From Gemmatimonadota bacterium (GTDB taxonomy: Bacteria; Gemmatimonadota; Gemmatimonadetes; Gemmatimonadales; GWC2-71-9), in the NCBI GenBank assembly GCA_025361465.1, contig JANYAG010000048.1:1-43901 (forward strand): a DNA stretch of 43,901 nt, written 5' to 3'. The notes beneath the pieces are model-generated. The model was not told the origin of the DNA. It ran no database searches and saw only the letters and a list, made by a program, of their open reading frames with translations. Position numbers and translations under genes: made by a program. Of the stretch, positions 39,052 through 43,901 are shown in pieces; the first letter of the stretch is position 1, and each line of letters begins with the position of its first letter.

Positions 39052-40316
39052 GGATCCTCATCGTCGGCGGTGGTGGCCGTGAGCATGCCATCGCACTGGC
39101 GGTCGCCGCCGACGATCCGTCCCACCTGGTGTACGTCGCCCCTGGCAATCCCGGGACCGCGACCATCGCCACCAATGTGCCGGTGCCCGCTGACGACATC
39201 GACCGCCTGGCCGATGCCGTCGACATGTATGCCATCGACCTGACGATCATCGGGCCTGAGGTGCCACTGGCCCTTGGCCTGGCCGATCGGCTGCTCGCCG
39301 AGGGGCGGGTGGTGTTCGGGCCGATCGCTGCCGCGGCCGCGATCGAATCGTCGAAGGCGTTTGCCAAGGAGGTGATGGCCGCGGCCGGCGTTCCCACGGC
39401 GGCGAGTCGCACCTTCGACAACCTGCATGACGCGCTCGCCTTCATCGACCGCCATGACGAGCCGCTGGTGGTGAAGGCTTCGGGGCTCGCGGCCGGCAAG
39501 GGCGCCGTGGTCTGTGCCACGCGCTTGGAGGCGCGTGAGGCGGCGCGCGAGATGATTGGTGACCGGCGCTTCGGCAGTGCAGGCGACGTGATTGTCGTCG
39601 AGGATTTTCTTGTGGGCGAGGAGTTGTCGGTGATGGCGGTCACCAATGGCCGCGAGGTGCGGCTCCTCCCTGCAGCCCAGGACCACAAGCGATTGCTCGA
39701 GGGGGACCATGGTCCCAACACCGGCGGCATGGGGGCCTATGCGCCCGTGAAGATCGCCACGCCGGGGGTGCTGGCCCGCATCGTGAATGAGGTGTTGCTG
39801 CCAACGCTCCAGGAACTCGCGGTGCGTGACGCCCCGTTCCGCGGCGTGCTCTATGCCGGGCTGATGATGCATCCCGACGGGACGCCCAACGTGGTCGAGT
39901 TCAACTGCCGGCTGGGCGACCCCGAAACCGAAGCAATCCTTCCCCTGGTCAAGTCCGGGCTGGTGGCGCTCTTCGACGCCGCCGCGCGCGGCGCACCGCT
40001 GCCGCCACTCGAGCTCCATGACGGCGCCGCGGTCACCACCGTGCTCGCGAGCGAGGGGTATCCCGAATCCGCCCGCAAGGATGTGTCGATCACGATTCCC
40101 GGTGACCTTCCCGATGGCGTCACCGTCTATCATGCCGGTACGACCCATCGTGACGATGGGGTGCTGGTCACCAATGGCGGGCGAGTGCTCGCGGTGACGG
40201 CCGTGGCGCCCACCTTCGCCGAGGCGCAGGCGCTGAGTCGCGATGCGGCGGCGCGGATTCAGTTTCAGGGACGGCAGTTCCGGCGCGATATCGGGTGGCG
40301 GGAGAGCAACCGATAA
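39048..40316 (+). CDS. purD: Phosphoribosylamine--glycine ligase
   Basis: GGGGREHA, APGNPG, GPEVPL, VVKASGLAAGKG, QDHKRL...GPNTGGMGAY, EFNCRLGDPE, TNGGRVL, RRDIG. Confidence 0.97.
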   Translation: MRILIVGGGGREHAIALAVAADDPSHLVYVAPGNPGTATIATNVPVPADDIDRLADAVDMYAIDLTIIGPEVPLALGLADRLLAEGRVVFGPIAAAAAIESSKAFAKEVMAAAGVPTAASRTFDNLHDALAFIDRHDEPLVVKASGLAAGKGAVVCATRLEAREAAREMIGDRRFGSAGDVIVVEDFLVGEELSVMAVTNGREVRLLPAAQDHKRLLEGDHGPNTGGMGAYAPVKIATPGVLARIVNEVLLPTLQELAVRDAPFRGVLYAGLMMHPDGTPNVVEFNCRLGDPETEAILPLVKSGLVALFDAAARGAPLPPLELHDGAAVTTVLASEGYPESARKDVSITIPGDLPDGVTVYHAGTTHRDDGVLVTNGGRVLAVTAVAPTFAEAQALSRDAAARIQFQGRQFRRDIGWRESNR

Positions 40317-40403
40317 GCGAGAAGCGAGAAGCGAGGAGCGAGAAGCGAGAAGCGAGAAGCGAGAAGCGAAAGATGGTAACCTCATCCTGAGCGAAGCGAA
40401 GGA
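40315..40403. repeat. (AAGCGAG)8 heptamer array followed by one arm of the REP-like element
   Basis: Eight 7-nt units at 40315-40370 (two with one mismatch), then TCATCCTGAGCGAAGCGAAGGA at 40382-40403. Confidence 0.85.
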
Positions 40404-40567
40404 CCTCGGCCATTGGGCGTCCGACCCGGGACAACGTGAGCGGCACTCCGGGCAAGCAGGCAGCCCCTGTGCACACCACCGCCCCGCCACTCGTCCTTCC
40501 GTTGCACCCCCGAGTAGCTTGAACACCTGACCGATCCCCCAGTCGGTCTCCCGCGAGGATGATCCAA

Positions 40568-41184
40568 ATGCCATTCCTCCGCCGGTGCCTGACGATCTGC
40601 TCGATCTTGTGTTTCGCCACCACACCGGCACGCGCCCAAGCCCCTGCCGACCGTCCATTTGTCGATTCGCTGCTCACCAAGCTCGCCACCGCCTCCACGG
40701 CCGCGGCCCTTCCTTCCGAATCGCTCTGCGGCAATCGCGGCGCCGACCTCGCGCCGACGAGCTGCTCATCCGCTCGGTGAACGATCATTCCGATTGGCCG
40801 ATCGCCTGGTTCGGACTCGGCATCAACCGGCTGTCGCTCGCGCGACTCAAGGTGTTCTCACACGAAGGACCGCTGCTCGGCACCGGCCTGAGCAATGAGG
40901 CCGGCGGGGCGAATGCCCTGGTGCAAGCGCTCAAGCTCGATCCGGGATTCTCGGCCGCGGCGAACGTGCTGGCATTCACGCCGATGCCGCGCGAACGCGA
41001 CGGCGTGCGGATCGACCTCGATACGCTGCGTCAGTTCGCCATGCCGACGCCGCTGACCGACAAGCAGTACCTCACCGGCATTGTCGAGCTCCCGGCACCG
41101 CCGGGCGCGTATGGCGTCTCACTGGTGGTGACCCAGGCCGATATCGCGTGCACGTCACCACGACTGGTGGTGGACGGTCCGTGA
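40568..41184 (+). pseudogene. Frameshifted, probably internally deleted gene for an exported helical-repeat protein
   Basis: GAGGA plus ATG40568 gives signal peptide MPFLRRCLTICSILCFATTPARA-Q but stops at 40780. Protein-like sequence (DWPIAWFGLG, ALVQALKLDPGF) continues in another frame from about 40750. Confidence 0.55.
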
Positions 41185-41225
41185 CGGCGACGGGGTGGAT
41201 GACGATCGTAAAGTGAGACGCAGGC

Positions 41226-43895
41226 TCAGTGCTTGCCAGCCGTCCTGTCGCGCAGCTCCTTGACCCAGTTTTGCACCACGATGAGCTGCCGATCATCATC
41301 CGCCGACTTGAGCATGATGAAGCTCTTGCCGTCGGGCGCGATGTCGTAGTTGGGATGGAAGGGATCGGCCTCATAGGGCGCCTCGAACATCACCCGCTGG
41401 CCGGTCACGGCGAGTGTCGGGGCGGTCACGATCGTCGCCGCCATCAGGTTCGCGCCACTGCGGTAGTAGATCGTCTTCCCGTCGAGCGACCAGAGCGGCT
41501 CGGTGCCGCCGCTGTTCGACACCGGAATCCGGCCCGCTCCGGCCGCCAAGGGCCGGACGTACACCTCGTATTTCCCCGATTCGTCCGAGACGTAGGCCAG
41601 CCACTTGCCATCGCGTGGTGACAGCCGCGGCATCAGCTCGTCGGCGTGCGTATTCAGCAACGGGACCGGAGTCCGGGGTTCTTCCAATGGCAGCAGGAAG
41701 ATGTCGCGGTTGCTGTCGGCGGTGTCCTCGCGATACAGCACGGCTTTTCCGTCGGGCGCCACAATGCCTTCGCGGATCTGGTTCGGAGCGACATACACCA
41801 GTTCGGCAGCCGCGCTCGCATCGGCCAGCTGCCACCAGAGTCCGTATTTCCCGTTCCGGTTCGAGGAATAGAGCACCTTCTTGCCATCCGGTGTCCACTC
41901 CGGGCGGTCGTTGATCCCCTCGGTCGTGAGCGGCTGGTGGGTGCGCGCCGCCACATCATAGATCCAGATGTTGGATCCCTCGGCGCGCTGCACGTCGAAC
42001 GCCAGCCGCCGGCCGTCGGGCGAGAAGCGCGGGTGCCCGTAGGCCTTCTTCTCCTCGATCAACGCGTGGGCTTTGCCGCCGAGATCGACGCTCATCATCT
42101 GTCGGATGCTGCCGCTGTGGATGTAGACGAGCGTGCCAGTCGCCGAGAGCGAGGCCCCCGCGAAGCCAATGGAGGCGGCGATGCTGTCGCCAACCTGCAC
42201 CGGCGTGCCGGCCTGCAGCGTGCGCGGGTTGAACGGTGCCGCCATCAGGGCGCCGTCGACGCGGACGTAGAGCAGCTGGCCGTTGACGAGTCCCAGCGGA
42301 TACCAGCCCGGCAGTCCCTTCAAGATCGTGGCCTTGCCGGTCGCCACCGTGATCACGCCGATGTGCGCATCGGCAATGGCGCCGAGCAGACCGGAGTAGA
42401 ACACCAGCTTGCCGTCGTCGGCCGAACGCGGCGTCCATTGCATCCGCTCGCCGTCGGCCGTATCGACCGACCAGGACTGTCCCGGTTTCCCGCCGTCAGC
42501 CGACACCTGCCACAGTCCGCGCGCCCGGCTGAAGCTTCGGCTACCGTAGACGATGACTTTGTTGGAGAGCCACGTCATCCCGTACGCCCCCAGCGCGGGA
42601 CAGATGGTGGTGATGGCACCACCGTCAACCGACAGCTTGCTGATGTTGTCGTCCTGGGAGAGAAAGGCAATCCACTTGCCATCGGGCGAGAACTCCGGAA
42701 ACCTGGCGTCGGTCGTGCCGGGAAGCGCCCGCGGGCGCAGCTCGTCAACCGACTGCAGGTACAACTGGCTCCCCGACGCCGCACCGGCGGAATACACCAC
42801 CTCGCGGCCATCGGGCGAAATCGCCACCGTAGCCGCGGTGCCGAGGATCGGCAGGGACAGGCGCGCGCCCGCCGCCGGTTGCACGGCGAAGCGTACCACC
42901 CCCGATTCGGTCGCCGACGAATGGCGCGTCCACCCCCAGGTGGCCGCGATGGCCGCCAGGCCAAAGGCGATGGCCCACGGCCACGGCGAGCGCACGCTCC
43001 AGATGGATGGCGATGCGGGGCGGCCGCCCGCGGCCGGACTCGCCCGATTGGTCGCGGCAGCATCTCTCCCGTCAAGCGCCTCACCGAAGGCCGCCGCGGT
43101 TGGCCAGCGATCCGCCGGCAGCTTCTGCAGCGCGGTGTGCAGGGCGTGCTCCAGCCCGGCAGGGACAGTGTCGCGCCGCATCAGGATCGAGACCGGCTTC
43201 TCGGTCATCACCTTGGCGACGACCGCCTGGGCGGTGGGCCCCGTGAAGGGCGGCTCACCGGCCAGCATCTCGTAGAGCACGCAGCCCAGACCGTACACAT
43301 CGGCGCGCGCGTCGAGGTCGCGCTCGCCCATTGCCTGCTCGGGACTCATGTACTGCGGCGTGCCGAGCGACATCCCGGTCTCGGTCATCCGGGAGCCGCC
43401 GGCCTTGCTGGCGGCGAGCGCAATTCCGAAGTCGGCCACCAGCGCACTGCCATCGTGCAGTAGGATATTCTCGGGCTTGATGTCGCGGTGAATCACGCCA
43501 TGACGGTGCGCGTAGTCGAGCGCACCGGCCACCTCGCGGGCGATCCGGACCGCGTCGGCGATCGGCAGCTGCTTCTCACGGACCAGTCGGTCGCGCAGCG
43601 TCTCGCCGTCGATGTACGGCATGACATAGAAGAGGAACGACCCCTCGGCGCCCGAATCAAAGAGCGCCAGAATGTGCGGATGCTGCAGGTTGGCCGTGGT
43701 CTTGATCTCGGCGAGGAACCGCTCGGCGCCGATCACCGCCGCGAGTTCGGGCCGCAGCACCTTGACGGCCACCTGGCGATCGTGGCGCAGGTCGCGGGCG
43801 AGATAGACGGTGGCCATCCCGCCGGCGCCGAGTTCGCGCTCGATGCGATAACGATCAGCAAGGGCCGACGCGAGGCGAGACTGGTCAGTCGACAC
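41226..43895 (-). CDS. Hanks-type Ser/Thr protein kinase with a TM helix and C-terminal PD40/TolB-like beta-propellers
   Basis: LGAGGMATVY, VAVK, IHRDIKPEN, DFGIA, GTPQYMSPEQ; TM WPWAIAFGLAAIAATWGW; repeated SPDG motifs. The start lies at the window edge. Confidence 0.95.
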   Translation of the reverse strand: MSTDQSRLASALADRYRIERELGAGGMATVYLARDLRHDRQVAVKVLRPELAAVIGAERFLAEIKTTANLQHPHILALFDSGAEGSFLFYVMPYIDGETLRDRLVREKQLPIADAVRIAREVAGALDYAHRHGVIHRDIKPENILLHDGSALVADFGIALAASKAGGSRMTETGMSLGTPQYMSPEQAMGERDLDARADVYGLGCVLYEMLAGEPPFTGPTAQAVVAKVMTEKPVSILMRRDTVPAGLEHALHTALQKLPADRWPTAAAFGEALDGRDAAATNRASPAAGGRPASPSIWSVRSPWPWAIAFGLAAIAATWGWTRHSSATESGVVRFAVQPAAGARLSLPILGTAATVAISPDGREVVYSAGAASGSQLYLQSVDELRPRALPGTTDARFPEFSPDGKWIAFLSQDDNISKLSVDGGAITTICPALGAYGMTWLSNKVIVYGSRSFSRARGLWQVSADGGKPGQSWSVDTADGERMQWTPRSADDGKLVFYSGLLGAIADAHIGVITVATGKATILKGLPGWYPLGLVNGQLLYVRVDGALMAAPFNPRTLQAGTPVQVGDSIAASIGFAGASLSATGTLVYIHSGSIRQMMSVDLGGKAHALIEEKKAYGHPRFSPDGRRLAFDVQRAEGSNIWIYDVAARTHQPLTTEGINDRPEWTPDGKKVLYSSNRNGKYGLWWQLADASAAAELVYVAPNQIREGIVAPDGKAVLYREDTADSNRDIFLLPLEEPRTPVPLLNTHADELMPRLSPRDGKWLAYVSDESGKYEVYVRPLAAGAGRIPVSNSGGTEPLWSLDGKTIYYRSGANLMAATIVTAPTLAVTGQRVMFEAPYEADPFHPNYDIAPDGKSFIMLKSADDDRQLIVVQNWVKELRDRTAGKH

Positions 43896-43901
43896 GCAGT
43901 T

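Noticed and set aside
40315-40403. Possible CRISPR array
   Set aside because: Contiguous 7-mers with no spacers and no cas genes.
39018-40658. Minus-strand ORFs containing SRFSLLA repeats (also 40168-40788)
   Set aside because: The peptide repeat is only the translation of the heptamer array, and the long ORF is antisense to purD.
41226-43895. Kinase-PD40 fusion as a novelty
   Set aside because: This architecture is common and multi-copy in Gemmatimonadota and Acidobacteriota-like genomes.

Overview
GC-rich bacterial chromosomal window; the gene set and protein families suggest Gemmatimonadota (inference). The left 18 kb holds a tightly coupled minus-strand operon of about 15 genes: orphan Phd/YefM-type DNA-binding protein, KorA/KorB-type 2-oxoacid:ferredoxin oxidoreductase, a 333-aa protein that aligns by eye as a catalytically dead copy of the PFOR TPP domain, rnfB, a 1678-aa PFOR with insertions and a tethered ferredoxin, rnfC, rnfD, an NhaD/IT-family transporter, rnfG, rnfE, rnfA, a hidden 49-aa Cys-rich membrane peptide, Tat-type apbE and a Cys-rich Zn-ribbon protein. 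Its promoter region has three 11-bp-phased TGAAG repeats and 12-bp-spaced GTAC cores. The rest is mostly housekeeping: osmC, tig-clpP-clpX-engB, an acyltransferase, ctaA coupled to a PilB/GspE ATPase-receiver fusion, outer-membrane proteins, trpE, maf, dtd, glmS, glmM, a cystathionine gamma-lyase/synthase, an M48 peptidase, purD, a broken secreted-protein gene and a Ser/Thr kinase with PD40 repeats. REP-like palindromes and heptamer tandem repeats lie between genes. No rRNA, tRNA, CRISPR array or transposase was recognised. All calls are by-eye motif recognition; no searches were run.
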